From an uncultured Candidatus Saccharibacteria bacterium (GTDB taxonomy: Bacteria; Patescibacteriota; Minisyncoccia; UBA6257; CAYRSR01), in NCBI GenBank assembly GCA_964427275.1, contig CAYRSR010000002.1, positions 1,956 to 65,955 of the forward strand: a stretch of DNA of 64,000 nucleotides, given 5' to 3'. Numbering within the stretch: position 1 is the stretch's first letter; each line of letters opens with the position of its first letter. Under the pieces are notes generated by a model. The model worked only from the letters and a program-made list of their open reading frames with translations, searched no databases and had not been told where the DNA came from. Made by a program: the position numbers and the translations under genes. Below, in pieces: positions 48,470 to 57,880 of this stretch.

Positions 48470-49129
48470 GTGTTTAGTAAAATTAAAATTGGGGAATTCT
48501 TATTAGATCTAATTTTTCCTCCATTTTGCCTGGTGTGTGAAAAAAACTATTCTAAAGAATTTTTGTGTGGGAACTGCCAGAAAAAAATAAAATTTTTTAA
48601 TGTAGCTTATCAATTTAAAAACCCCAATTTCACTTTACTTGCAGCTACCTCCTACCAAAATCAAGTTATAAGCAAGTTAATTACCATTTTGAAGTATCAG
48701 AAAATCAAATCTGCTGCTAAACCACTGACAAGAATTGTGATTGAATACTTAAACAGAATGAAATTGGTTTCAAAAATAAGCTCTTACATCTTAGTCCCTA
48801 TTCCACTTCATCACCAAAAACTAAGACAAAGAAAATTTAACCAGTCAGAAATTATAGCTAAAATTTTGGCTCAAAAGCTAAATCTTAATTTTTCGCCAGA
48901 GATAATGATTAGGACCAAAAACACTACTGCCCAAGTAAATCTACGAGAGAAAGAAGAAAGAGTGCAAAACGTAAAAGGTTGTTTTAAAGTCAAAGGAAAT
49001 GTTTTTGGGAAAAATATTTTAGTTTTTGACGATGTATTTACCACTGGAGCTACTATGAAAGAAGCAATTAAAACCTTAAGAAAAGCTGGAGCCAGAAAAG
49101 TAATTGGCTTGGTAGTAGCTAAAGCTTAA
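48470..49129 (+). CDS. comF: ComF family competence protein (zinc ribbon + PRTase)
   Basis: LIFPPFCLVC..LCGNC, LVPIPLH, RKFNQSE, LVFDDVFTTGAT. Start tentatively at GTG 48470. Confidence 0.92.
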   Translation: MFSKIKIGEFLLDLIFPPFCLVCEKNYSKEFLCGNCQKKIKFFNVAYQFKNPNFTLLAATSYQNQVISKLITILKYQKIKSAAKPLTRIVIEYLNRMKLVSKISSYILVPIPLHHQKLRQRKFNQSEIIAKILAQKLNLNFSPEIMIRTKNTTAQVNLREKEERVQNVKGCFKVKGNVFGKNILVFDDVFTTGATMKEAIKTLRKAGARKVIGLVVAKA

Positions 49130-49136
49130 AAATATA

Positions 49137-50609
49137 ATGAAAAATCATCAACAAAGTCGAATACCCAGGTGTATGAGTACCCAGCATCCCGATAATGTTA
49201 ATCTGCCATTTTTTGCCGAAAATAGCCGACTCAGCGGGGAAGATGAAATTCAAGAAGCCTATTATGCATTTTCATATCTGGGCTGCGATGAACAACTGTG
49301 GGATTGCGAAGGAAAAGAAATAGATAATTTCGTAATTAAAAAACTACTGTTGAAATATCCGCAGTTTTTTAAAACTAGAAGATTAGGTAGAGATGTTTTC
49401 ATAACTTTAAGGGTTCCCAATCCAGCTATAGAAAAGACAGAAGCAAAAATACTACTGGAGACGTTGGAGAGTATACCTCGCTCATTTGATGCAGCTAAAT
49501 TATTTTACGGAAGAAATATTTCGCCGATATTTGAAGTTATCTTACCAATGACCAGTTCAGCCAGGCAGATAGACAGAGTTTACAAATATTACCGCGATTT
49601 TGTAGCCGGAAAACAAAATAAGCAACTTTACCCGGGAGATATAAAAATTGGCCAATGGATAGGCAAGTTTCAGCCTGAACAAATTAAAGTTATTCCATTG
49701 TTCGAAGACCTAAATCATCTATTGAATTCTGCTAATATAGTTAAACAATATTTATCCGATAAACTTATTGATTATCAGAGAGTTTTCCTGGCTCGATCGG
49801 ATCCGGCTATGAATTATGGACTAATAAGTTCAGTGATATTAAATAAAATTGCCCTGCAAAGATTACAAAAATTATCTGAAAATACCGGCATTAAAATTTA
49901 TCCCATCATTGGACTCGGCCCATCTCCATTTAGAGGAAACTTAAAACCAGAAACAGTAGAAAGAATAATAGCTGAATATCCCAGCGTCTGGACTTTCACT
50001 ATTCAATCAGCATTCAAATATGATTATCCGGCTGAACAGGTCAAATTGGCAATTCAAAAATTAAAGCAAAAACCAGTCAATCCAGTTCATAAAGTCGAAG
50101 AGAAAAAAACTCTACCAATATTAAAAAAGTATTCTGCGGAATATCAGAGACAAATTAAAAAATTAGCCAAGTTAATTAACAAAATTGCCAGATATATTCC
50201 AGAAAGGAGAAAAAGAAAACTCCATGTTGGATTATTCGGCTATTCCAGAAATATCCAGGGAATTCAGTTGCCTAGAGCAATTAGTTTCACTGCTTCCCTT
50301 TATTCTATTGGTTTACCTCCTGAAATTTTAGGTTTAAATGCTTTAACTAAATCGGAGATTGAATTTGTAAGCCAGATTTATCTAAACCTTAAGTCCGACC
50401 TAACTGATGCCCTAACTTACTTTAATCCTAACTGTAAATTTTTACCCAGAAATCTAAGTCAAAAAATTAGAAAACTGTTTAATTTTCAATTAAATAAGCA
50501 ACATAGACAAATAACTAATCGGATCCAAGATCTATTAATTAAAGGTAAAACTGAAAATTTAAAACACTATATTTTAGCTGCAGCTAATTTAAGAAAATTT
50601 TTGGGATAA
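49137..50609 (+). CDS. ppcA: Archaeal-type phosphoenolpyruvate carboxylase
   Basis: IPRCMSTQHPDN, WDCEGK, FEVILPMT, VIPLFED, RVFLARSDPAMNYG, PFRG, TIQSAFKYD, LPRAISFTASLYSIGLPPE, RKFLG; 490 aa. Confidence 0.93.
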   Translation: MKNHQQSRIPRCMSTQHPDNVNLPFFAENSRLSGEDEIQEAYYAFSYLGCDEQLWDCEGKEIDNFVIKKLLLKYPQFFKTRRLGRDVFITLRVPNPAIEKTEAKILLETLESIPRSFDAAKLFYGRNISPIFEVILPMTSSARQIDRVYKYYRDFVAGKQNKQLYPGDIKIGQWIGKFQPEQIKVIPLFEDLNHLLNSANIVKQYLSDKLIDYQRVFLARSDPAMNYGLISSVILNKIALQRLQKLSENTGIKIYPIIGLGPSPFRGNLKPETVERIIAEYPSVWTFTIQSAFKYDYPAEQVKLAIQKLKQKPVNPVHKVEEKKTLPILKKYSAEYQRQIKKLAKLINKIARYIPERRKRKLHVGLFGYSRNIQGIQLPRAISFTASLYSIGLPPEILGLNALTKSEIEFVSQIYLNLKSDLTDALTYFNPNCKFLPRNLSQKIRKLFNFQLNKQHRQITNRIQDLLIKGKTENLKHYILAAANLRKFLG

Positions 50610-50643
50610 TTGCAAAATTCTTAATTTAGGTTAATATTTAAAT

Positions 50644-51102
50644 ATGTCTAAATTCTCTCAATTTTATCAGCTAAAGCTAGAGCAAATAATGGAAAAGGAA
50701 GTTGCTAATCTTCCGTTAATAGAAGAACATGCTAGTATAAGTAAAGCTATGATTATGCTAAAAAAACATGACCACCTTTGGGTAGTAAAAGACCTTAAAA
50801 GTCGGGTATTAGTTGGAGTAGTTACTAACTATGACATGCTAAGATTTTTTTCTCCTAGAAAGAAAGTTCCAATTGTTGGACTTATCAAACACTTAATTCA
50901 TTATACTCCAGGCGAAATTAGAGAAATTATGCATTATCCAATTACTTGTAATCCAGCTGAAAAAATCAGCGATGCAATCAAAAAAATGATAGCCCATCGC
51001 ATCAGAAGAATACCAGTAGTAAAAAACCATCAGATAATTGGAGAAATAACTTCTCGTCAGATAATTAAGGAATTTATATCTAGATACCTGACGCATCTTT
51101 AA
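50644..51102 (+). CDS. CBS-domain pair protein
   Basis: Two CBS repeats (LWVV..LVGVVT..D; IRRIPVV..IIGEIT). Confidence 0.88.
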   Translation: MSKFSQFYQLKLEQIMEKEVANLPLIEEHASISKAMIMLKKHDHLWVVKDLKSRVLVGVVTNYDMLRFFSPRKKVPIVGLIKHLIHYTPGEIREIMHYPITCNPAEKISDAIKKMIAHRIRRIPVVKNHQIIGEITSRQIIKEFISRYLTHL

Positions 51103-51103
51103 A

Positions 51104-52282
51104 ATGCAGAATGTAATTTTATTAGCTGGAATAATTCTGGGACTTGGCTTTATATTTGGCAAGATAACTGATCATTTTAAGCTAACTACTGTAGTTGGCT
51201 ATATCATAACCGGAATTATTTTAGGACCAGTCTTTCACCTAATAAAAATTTCTTCAACAACAACTGAAATTGTAGTTGGTTTCGTTTTAGCTTTAGTTGC
51301 TTTTATAATCGGAGGAAACTTTACTATTAACTTTCTAAGAAGATTGGGGAAAGCTACTGGAATAATACTTGTTTCTCAGGCATTAGCTACAGCTATTTTC
51401 ACTGGAATCGGAATCTATTTATGGACAAATAATCTACTAACTGCTTTAATTCTGGGAAGTCTAGCTGTAGCTACTGCTCCAGCTGGAACTATAGCAGTTA
51501 TTCAGAGTCATCATGTTAGAAATCGAGTAAGTAAGATAATTACTGCCATAGTCGGCCTTGATGACGGAATAGCTATAATTATTTTTGTAGTAGCTTTATC
51601 AATAGTAAAAACTATTCTTGGGGGTAATTTATCAATACTTGGTTCAATTTATAAAGTAACCTGGGAAATTGGAGGAGCAGTCATTCTAGGAATAATAACT
51701 GGAATAATTTCTTCTCAATTAGCTAAAAGGATTAGAACTGAGGAAAGTATCTTAATTACTGCACTGGTAAGTATTTTAATCTGTGCTGGATTAGCTAAAA
51801 TAGCTGGAGTTTCATTAATTCTTTCTGAAATGTTTTTAGGAGCTAGCTTAGTTAATCTAGCACCAGGGATATCCAGAAGTTATTTTGAAGTTATAGAAAA
51901 ACTCCTTCCATTATTTTTTGTTTTGTTCTTTGTAACAGCTGGATTGAATTTAAGATTAGATTTGTTAATTAAAAGTGGTGGAATAGGACTAATTTATATC
52001 TTGTGCAGGATTATTGGAAAAATTGTTGGTGCAGCTGGAGGAGCCAAATTAGCAAAAGCAAAACCAGTAGTTCAAAAGTACCTTGGATTTGCCTTACTAT
52101 CTCAGGCCGGAGTAGCAATCGGATTAGCTGCCATAGCAAGTCATGAGCTTTCGATTTTAGGTTCATCAGGACAATACTTAGGTACATTAGCATTGACCAC
52201 AATTACTGCCACCACCGTAATATTTGAAATAATCGGACCTATCGGAGTTAGATTTACTTTAACCCAAATTAAGAAATGTTAA
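51104..52282 (+). CDS. Cation:proton antiporter (CPA2 / Na+/H+ exchanger family)
   Basis: About 12 TM helices, VGYIITGIILGP, ATAPA, GLDD, SQAGVAIGLA, FEIIGP. Confidence 0.9.
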   Translation: MQNVILLAGIILGLGFIFGKITDHFKLTTVVGYIITGIILGPVFHLIKISSTTTEIVVGFVLALVAFIIGGNFTINFLRRLGKATGIILVSQALATAIFTGIGIYLWTNNLLTALILGSLAVATAPAGTIAVIQSHHVRNRVSKIITAIVGLDDGIAIIIFVVALSIVKTILGGNLSILGSIYKVTWEIGGAVILGIITGIISSQLAKRIRTEESILITALVSILICAGLAKIAGVSLILSEMFLGASLVNLAPGISRSYFEVIEKLLPLFFVLFFVTAGLNLRLDLLIKSGGIGLIYILCRIIGKIVGAAGGAKLAKAKPVVQKYLGFALLSQAGVAIGLAAIASHELSILGSSGQYLGTLALTTITATTVIFEIIGPIGVRFTLTQIKKC

Positions 52283-53184
52283 ATTTTTAAATACTTTTTT
52301 ACTGCAAATGCACTAGAAAAGATTCCCAGTCCAATTCCGGTTATTAATTGCCAGCCAAATAAAGTAAAATAGTTATTCTGAAGATAGTTTTGAAGATTTA
52401 CTTGAGGTATAAAAGCAGTGACATAAGGTGAAGCCAAACTGATTAAAGGAGAAAAAAATGAAAAACTTAAAACTGCTGCTAAAGCTCCACAAAGAATACC
52501 TTGAACAACAAATGGCCCCCTAATAAAGCTATTAGGAGCACCTACCAGTCTCATAATTTCTATCTTCCTTCGGTTAGAATATATTCCCAATCTAATCGTA
52601 TTAAACGCCACCAAAAATGCTATTATTGCTAGACCAGCAGTTACAGCAATTCCCCCCTTATTAATAACATCAGTAATCTTAATTAATCTATCAATTATTA
52701 ACTGGTTCTGAGTATAAGTTATCTTCTTTATGATTGGATAATTGGCATCCTCCAGATATTTAGCAATATTTTGATAATCTTCAGGATTAAAAGCTTTTAT
52801 TTCTAGAGAAGCCAGTAGAGGGTTTTCCTCCAGTTCACTTAAAGCCTGTATCACTATCTTTTCTTCAGCATGTCTGGATTTAAATTTGACTAAAGCCTGT
52901 TCTTTAGAAATATAGCCTACTCTCTTTACCTCTGGCAAATTCTCTAGGTCATTTTTTAAAAGTAGAATATCATCCTCTGGAGCATCAGGTTCAAAGTACA
53001 CGCATATATCAATCTTATCTTGAAGACTCTTTACTGCTGAACTAGTAACCACATTGAAAATAATCAATGACTGGAAAACAATCAATCCTAAAATCATCAT
53101 TATTACAGTTACAGCTGAAAGCCAGCTACTTCGCAGAAAGTTCTGAACTCCATATTTTATTATTCGATAAAGACTGGTAAACAT
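52279..53184 (-). CDS. ftsX: Cell division permease FtsX
   Basis: YISKEQAL, NPL, NTIRLGIYSNR..IEIMRLVGA..FIRGPF. Confidence 0.93.
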   Translation of the reverse strand: MFTSLYRIIKYGVQNFLRSSWLSAVTVIMMILGLIVFQSLIIFNVVTSSAVKSLQDKIDICVYFEPDAPEDDILLLKNDLENLPEVKRVGYISKEQALVKFKSRHAEEKIVIQALSELEENPLLASLEIKAFNPEDYQNIAKYLEDANYPIIKKITYTQNQLIIDRLIKITDVINKGGIAVTAGLAIIAFLVAFNTIRLGIYSNRRKIEIMRLVGAPNSFIRGPFVVQGILCGALAAVLSFSFFSPLISLASPYVTAFIPQVNLQNYLQNNYFTLFGWQLITGIGLGIFSSAFAVKKYLKI

Positions 53185-53188
53185 GTAA

Positions 53189-53881
53189 CTACTTACTTAA
53201 AACAAACTGACCATGCTGTTCATCTCTAATTACTCTTCCTTTTTCCAGGGTTATTACTCTTTGCCCTAGTGTATCAATAATTTCTTTATTGTGAGTAGCT
53301 AGAATCACTGTACTACCAGCCTGATTAATTTTCACCAATAGTTTTATTACTTCCCAGGTATTAAACGGATCTAAGTTTCCAGTAGGCTCATCGGCAATTA
53401 CCAGCTGTGGCTGATTTATCATAGCTCTAGCAATGGCGGTTCTTTGCTTTTCTCCCCCGGATAACTCCCTGGGAAAATTTCTGGCTTTATCTTCTAATCC
53501 AACCATTTTTAGTAGATAAGGAACCAATTTATTAATTCTTCGTTGAGGATGTCCTTCCACCTCCAAAGCATAAGCAACATTTTCAAAAACTGTCTTTTCT
53601 GGAAGCAAACGAAAGTCCTGAAAAATTATCCCAAGATTACGTCGATAAGCTGGAAGTTGATATGGTTTGAGCTTATTAACTTCATATGAGTTAAAAAATA
53701 TTCTTCCTTTAGTTGGTTTTTCTTCACCAATCAATAATTTAACAATTGTAGTCTTTCCTGCTCCAGAAATTCCTACAATAGATACAAATTCTCCGGGTTT
53801 AATTTTAAAACTAACATCTTCAAGAGCAGTAAATCTACTATTATAAACTTTATAAACATTTTGAAACTCCACTATAAACAT
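53189..53881 (-). CDS. ftsE: Cell division ATP-binding protein FtsE
   Basis: GISGAGKTT, IFQDFRLL, LSGGEKQR, IADEPTGNLD; next to ftsX. Start moved to ATG 53881. Confidence 0.95.
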   Translation of the reverse strand: MFIVEFQNVYKVYNSRFTALEDVSFKIKPGEFVSIVGISGAGKTTIVKLLIGEEKPTKGRIFFNSYEVNKLKPYQLPAYRRNLGIIFQDFRLLPEKTVFENVAYALEVEGHPQRRINKLVPYLLKMVGLEDKARNFPRELSGGEKQRTAIARAMINQPQLVIADEPTGNLDPFNTWEVIKLLVKINQAGSTVILATHNKEIIDTLGQRVITLEKGRVIRDEQHGQFVLSK

Positions 53882-53961
53882 ATAACACTGAAGTTCTTCC
53901 AACTAAAAAAACTCTTATGATTTTATCAAATTAAAGTTCCTTTGCAATAATCTTAAAAGAA

Positions 53962-54411
53962 TCAGCTAATTTTTTCTATTACCTTTCCACCAGCTTTTTC
54001 AATTTTTCGTTTAGCAGTTTTCGATACCGGCAATTCAACCTCTATCGGTTTATCAATTTCTCCATCTCCTAAAATTTTAACTTTCTTTTTAGATTTCTTG
54101 ATTAATCCATATTGACAAAGAACCTCCTGATTAATTTTAGTAAGTTTTTTTTGTTCCACCAGCTTGCTTATATCATCTAGATTAAATACTTGAGGTTTTA
54201 TCCTCTTTGCTTCCCAATAGGACATTCTGAAACTTTTTCCTCTTAATTTTGGGTATTTTAGTATGGTATCTCGATAAAATAATCTTAATTTTCTTCCAGC
54301 TCTGGCTTTCTGTCCTTTCATTCCTCTCCCAGAGTAATTTCCTCTTTTTCCTCCACGACCAACTCTTTTTTTAGTTTTGAATCTAGTTGAGGATAGCTGA
54401 TGTAACTGCAT
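53962..54411 (-). CDS. rplO: 50S ribosomal protein L15
   Basis: KRVGRGGKRG..SGRGMKGQKARAG, VKILGDG, IEKAGG. Confidence 0.96.
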   Translation of the reverse strand: MQLHQLSSTRFKTKKRVGRGGKRGNYSGRGMKGQKARAGRKLRLFYRDTILKYPKLRGKSFRMSYWEAKRIKPQVFNLDDISKLVEQKKLTKINQEVLCQYGLIKKSKKKVKILGDGEIDKPIEVELPVSKTAKRKIEKAGGKVIEKIS

Positions 54412-54430
54412 ACTTAAAGTAAATAAAAAC

Positions 54431-54889
54431 TTAACCTTTTAACTTTTTTAAGGCCTTAACCGTAGCTAAGGCAGTGGTCAGTTTGTTTTTGGTATGACTT
54501 AAGATTTTGCAGGAAATATCCTTTACTCCTCCCAATTCCAGAACTACTCTGGCTGCTCCCCCAGCTATTAAGCCATGCCCAGCTCGAGCTGGCTTAATTC
54601 TAACTCTAGCTGCACTATACTTTGCTTCTACTTCATGTGGAATTGTGCGATTCTCTCTTAAAGGTATGGTAAATAACTTCTTTTCGGCATCACGCTCAGC
54701 CTTGTCAATTGCTTCAGCTACATCTAATCCTTTGCCAATTCCTACTCCTACTTTTCCATTTCTATTGCCAACTACCAGAGTAGCTCGAAACTTAAATCTT
54801 TTGCCCCCAGCTACCACTCGAGCTACTCTTCTTAAATCCAGAACTAACTTCTCCATTTTTTCTTCTTTTTTTATTTCTTTTTCAGCCAT
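54431..54889 (-). CDS. rpsE: 30S ribosomal protein S5
   Basis: RVARVVAGGKRF, VGVGIGKG, GLIAGG..R.VLELGG. Confidence 0.97.
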   Translation of the reverse strand: MAEKEIKKEEKMEKLVLDLRRVARVVAGGKRFKFRATLVVGNRNGKVGVGIGKGLDVAEAIDKAERDAEKKLFTIPLRENRTIPHEVEAKYSAARVRIKPARAGHGLIAGGAARVVLELGGVKDISCKILSHTKNKLTTALATVKALKKLKG

Positions 54890-54890
54890 G

Positions 54891-55247
54891 TTATGCTTTT
54901 AGATTTTTCCTAAACTCTTCTATCAGTGCCTTTACTCGACCATGATACTTATACCAGCCCCTGTCAAAAACTACTTGACTAATGTTTAATTGTTTAACTT
55001 TTTGTGCTATTATTCTTCCCACTTCTCGAGCTCGTTCAATCTTTGTTTGTCGTTTTGTACCAATCTCCAAGGAAGATGCATGAGCTAATGTATACCCGGT
55101 TTGGTCATCAATTAATTGAACATAAATATGCTTATTGCTTCTGAAGATAGAAAATCTTGGTTTAAATCCAGTTCCCTTTCCGATTTTTGCTCTGGTTTTA
55201 ATTTTTCTTCTCTCTCTTAATTTAAGTGTCTTTTTTATCTGCTTCAT
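54891..55247 (-). CDS. rplR: 50S ribosomal protein L18
   Basis: PRFSIFRSNKHIYVQLIDD, VFDRG.YKYHGRVKAL. Confidence 0.97.
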   Translation of the reverse strand: MKQIKKTLKLRERRKIKTRAKIGKGTGFKPRFSIFRSNKHIYVQLIDDQTGYTLAHASSLEIGTKRQTKIERAREVGRIIAQKVKQLNISQVVFDRGWYKYHGRVKALIEEFRKNLKA

Positions 55248-55282
55248 AACTTTTAAAAACCTAGTCCATCACAGGTATATTT

Positions 55283-55834
55283 CTATGTTGCAGTAGTAGT
55301 TGTTGCTCTTTTAGTTGGCTTTAATTTTACCTCTTCTCCTAAATATCTAATTCCTTTTCCTTTATATGGATCCGGTTTTTTTAATTCTCTAATTTTAGCA
55401 GCAACCTGTCCCACTCTTGCCTTGCAGTACCCTTTTACTTTAATGATATTCTCTTTCACTTCAACATCTATATCCTCAGGAATTTTAAAGTTTACTGGAT
55501 GAGAATAACCAAGTTGAAATATCAGATTTTGTCCTTCCTTTCTTACTCGATATCCCAATCCTCGAATTTCAAGTTGTTTCTCAAAACCAGAAGTCAAGCC
55601 AATTACCGCATTATTACACAAAGCTCTCATAGTTCCCCAAAAAGCCTTTGTTTGTCTTCCTGAGGTTATAGGTTTAAACGATAAAACCTGATCTTCTAAA
55701 TCAATTTCAATTCCAGGTAATTTGCTAATCTCTAGCTTCTGTCCTTTTTGATTGCTAAAAATAATTTTGTTATCTTTAAGTTCTATCTTTACTTCCTGGG
55801 GTATTTTAATTGGTTTTTTACCTATCTTAGACAT
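55283..55834 (-). CDS. rplF: 50S ribosomal protein L6
   Basis: MSKIGKKPI, LGYSHPV, PDPYKGKGIRY. Start moved to ATG 55834. Confidence 0.97.
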   Translation of the reverse strand: MSKIGKKPIKIPQEVKIELKDNKIIFSNQKGQKLEISKLPGIEIDLEDQVLSFKPITSGRQTKAFWGTMRALCNNAVIGLTSGFEKQLEIRGLGYRVRKEGQNLIFQLGYSHPVNFKIPEDIDVEVKENIIKVKGYCKARVGQVAAKIRELKKPDPYKGKGIRYLGEEVKLKPTKRATTTTAT

Positions 55835-55873
55835 ACTAAAAATAAATTTGTTATTCAAAAAAGCCTGATTTTA

Positions 55874-55902
55874 ATGTTATATTACAGTAAGTACTTTGTC
55901 AA
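55874..55902 (-). promoter_or_regulatory. Putative internal sigma70 promoter upstream of rplF
   Basis: Minus strand TTGACA-AAGTACTTACTGTAATA(17)-TAACAT, with an overlapping TATAAC. Confidence 0.5.
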
Positions 55903-55977
55903 TTGGTTGATAAGCTACTAGTCAAGCTTTGGTTTAAAAGATTTTAAGCTAGGTAAAATTCTAATTTAGATTTTTAC

Positions 55978-56349
55978 TTACCAGATCTCAAATAATATTT
56001 CACCTCCAACCTTCTTTTTTTTAGCTTCCTCCCCGGTCATTATTCCAAGTGAAGTGGAAACTACTAATTTTCCAAAGCCACTCTTAACTGGCTTAATGTC
56101 CCTATAGCCGGCATAGATGTGCCTGGATGGCTTACTTATAAACTTAACCTCATTTATGGGTCTGTTACCCAATGTAACTTCAATGCTTTTTTTGTTTTTC
56201 TTATTATTTATTATCTTAATTTCCTTTAAAAACTTATGTTTAACCAGAGACTCTAAAATACTAAAATCCATTTTTGAATAAGGAACTATTACTGTTTTTT
56301 TACCAGCATCCTGAGCATTTTTAATTCTAATTAGAGTATCCCAATACAT
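55978..56349 (-). CDS. rpsH: 30S ribosomal protein S8
   Basis: D.LIRIKNA, ISKPSRHIY, VSTSLGIMT, VGGEIL..IW. Confidence 0.96.
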   Translation of the reverse strand: MYWDTLIRIKNAQDAGKKTVIVPYSKMDFSILESLVKHKFLKEIKIINNKKNKKSIEVTLGNRPINEVKFISKPSRHIYAGYRDIKPVKSGFGKLVVSTSLGIMTGEEAKKKKVGGEILFEIW

Positions 56350-56370
56350 AAAAAATTTTGCATTTTTCTA

Positions 56371-56556
56371 TTACCAGCTTGCTTTTTTAACTCCAGGAAT
56401 CTCGCCTCTAGATGCCAGTTCTCTAAAACAAATTCGACAGAGTCCAAAATCTCTCATGTATCCCCTCTTTCTTCCACAACGCCAGCATCGCCTAACTATT
56501 CGAGTTTTATATTTTGGTTTCTTTTTAGCCCGAGCAATTACAGATTTCTTTGCCAT
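56371..56556 (-). CDS. rpsN: 30S ribosomal protein S14 (zinc-binding type Z)
   Basis: [26 protein letters not shown]. Confidence 0.97.
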   Translation of the reverse strand: MAKKSVIARAKKKPKYKTRIVRRCWRCGRKRGYMRDFGLCRICFRELASRGEIPGVKKASW

Positions 56557-56568
56557 AATATTATTTTA

Positions 56569-57063
56569 TTATATCTTTAGTGGTATTCCAATCTGCTTAT
56601 AAATCTCAATAGCCTTTTCTCTGTTTCTAACTTTAGGGACTATAGTTACCTGCAAGCCAAACCTTACATTAGATTTTTCCAGGTCAATTTCTGGAAAAGC
56701 ATAGTGTTCTCTAAATCCAATATTCAAACATCCCTTTTCATCAATACTTTTCAAATCAATACCTCTAAAATCCTTAACTCTGGGCAAGACTAGATTAATC
56801 AATCGAAACAAAAAATCTCTCATTCTTTTTCCTCGTAAGGTTACCTTTAAGCCAACCAACTGTCCTGCTCTGACTTTAAATCCAGAAATGGATTTTCTTG
56901 CAGTAGTATATGCCGGTTTCTGGCCAGTAATCAAGCTTAATTCCTTAACTATTTCTGGTAGAATTTTTTGCTCAAACTGAGATTCATTTCTAAACTTTCC
57001 CACACCGGTACTAATCACTATCTTTTCTATTTGAACTAAATATTTTTTTGGAAATAATTCCAT
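56569..57063 (-). CDS. rplE: 50S ribosomal protein L5
   Basis: IEKIVIS.GVG, ITGQKP, KVTLRG, LPRVKDFRG, FPEI. Confidence 0.96.
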   Translation of the reverse strand: MELFPKKYLVQIEKIVISTGVGKFRNESQFEQKILPEIVKELSLITGQKPAYTTARKSISGFKVRAGQLVGLKVTLRGKRMRDFLFRLINLVLPRVKDFRGIDLKSIDEKGCLNIGFREHYAFPEIDLEKSNVRFGLQVTIVPKVRNREKAIEIYKQIGIPLKI

Positions 57064-57068
57064 AAAAA

Positions 57069-57374
57069 TTAAACCTTACCTTTACATTTTTTACAATACC
57101 TAACTTTTTTACCGTTCTCAAAACGATATCCTACTCTAGTGGGTTTTTCGCAGTTAGGACAAATTAAAGCTACATTGGAAACATCAACTGGTCTGGGAAT
57201 CTCAACTATTTCTCCTTTTTCTCCTTCTCTTCGAGGACGATAATGTTTCTTACAAAGATTTAATCCTTCTACTACAACTTTATTCTTTTTTGGAAAAACC
57301 TTCATTACTTTTCCAATCTTTCCTTTATCCTTCCCAACCAGCATTAAAACTTTGTCACCAGATTTAATTTTCAT
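57069..57374 (-). CDS. rplX: 50S ribosomal protein L24
   Basis: KSGDKV..GKDKGK.GKV, VEGLN, SNV. Confidence 0.97.
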   Translation of the reverse strand: MKIKSGDKVLMLVGKDKGKIGKVMKVFPKKNKVVVEGLNLCKKHYRPRREGEKGEIVEIPRPVDVSNVALICPNCEKPTRVGYRFENGKKVRYCKKCKGKV

Positions 57375-57377
57375 AAT

Positions 57378-57746
57378 TTAAACTACGTTTTTAGCTAGAT
57401 TAACAATGTTTTTAAATCCCTTTTCAGCTAATTCATGAGGAACCGGGCCAAAAATTCTAGTGGCTTTGACCTCTTTCTTTTTAGTGGTTAATACCGCAGC
57501 ATTTTCGCTGAATCTTACATAAAATCCTCCTTTTCTCCTAAAATTTTTTCGCTGTCTTACTATGACTGCATAAACTATGTCGCCTTTTTTAACTGACTTT
57601 CCTGGTTCAGCTTTTTTTACTGAAGCAACAATTATATCTCCAATTTGAGCATATCTTCTTCTGGTTCCACCCAAAATCCTGAAGCATTGAATCAATTTTG
57701 CTCCAGAATTATCAGCCACTTTTAACATTGTACGTTCTTGAATCAT
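57378..57746 (-). CDS. rplN: 50S ribosomal protein L14
   Basis: [20 protein letters not shown]. Confidence 0.97.
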   Translation of the reverse strand: MIQERTMLKVADNSGAKLIQCFRILGGTRRRYAQIGDIIVASVKKAEPGKSVKKGDIVYAVIVRQRKNFRRKGGFYVRFSENAAVLTTKKKEVKATRIFGPVPHELAEKGFKNIVNLAKNVV

Positions 57747-57880
57747 AACAAATGTAAAATTTAAAAATCAAAATGTAAAATGACAATTTAAAATTCAAAA
57801 TGAACAAATGTTAAAATGATTTTAAGCTTGTCAATTTTAACATTTTGCATTGTAGTTTTGATTTTTGATTTTTTAATTTT
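57747..57880. repeat. AT-rich heptamer-periodic palindromic element, copy 3
   Basis: Fills the whole rpsQ-rplN gap, with an A-rich left half and T-rich right half. Near-identical to the reverse complement of 58764-58906. Confidence 0.9.

Noticed and set aside
39058-49129. Type IV pilus/competence cluster as a novel system
   Set aside because: Standard, well-described component set for this type of organism.
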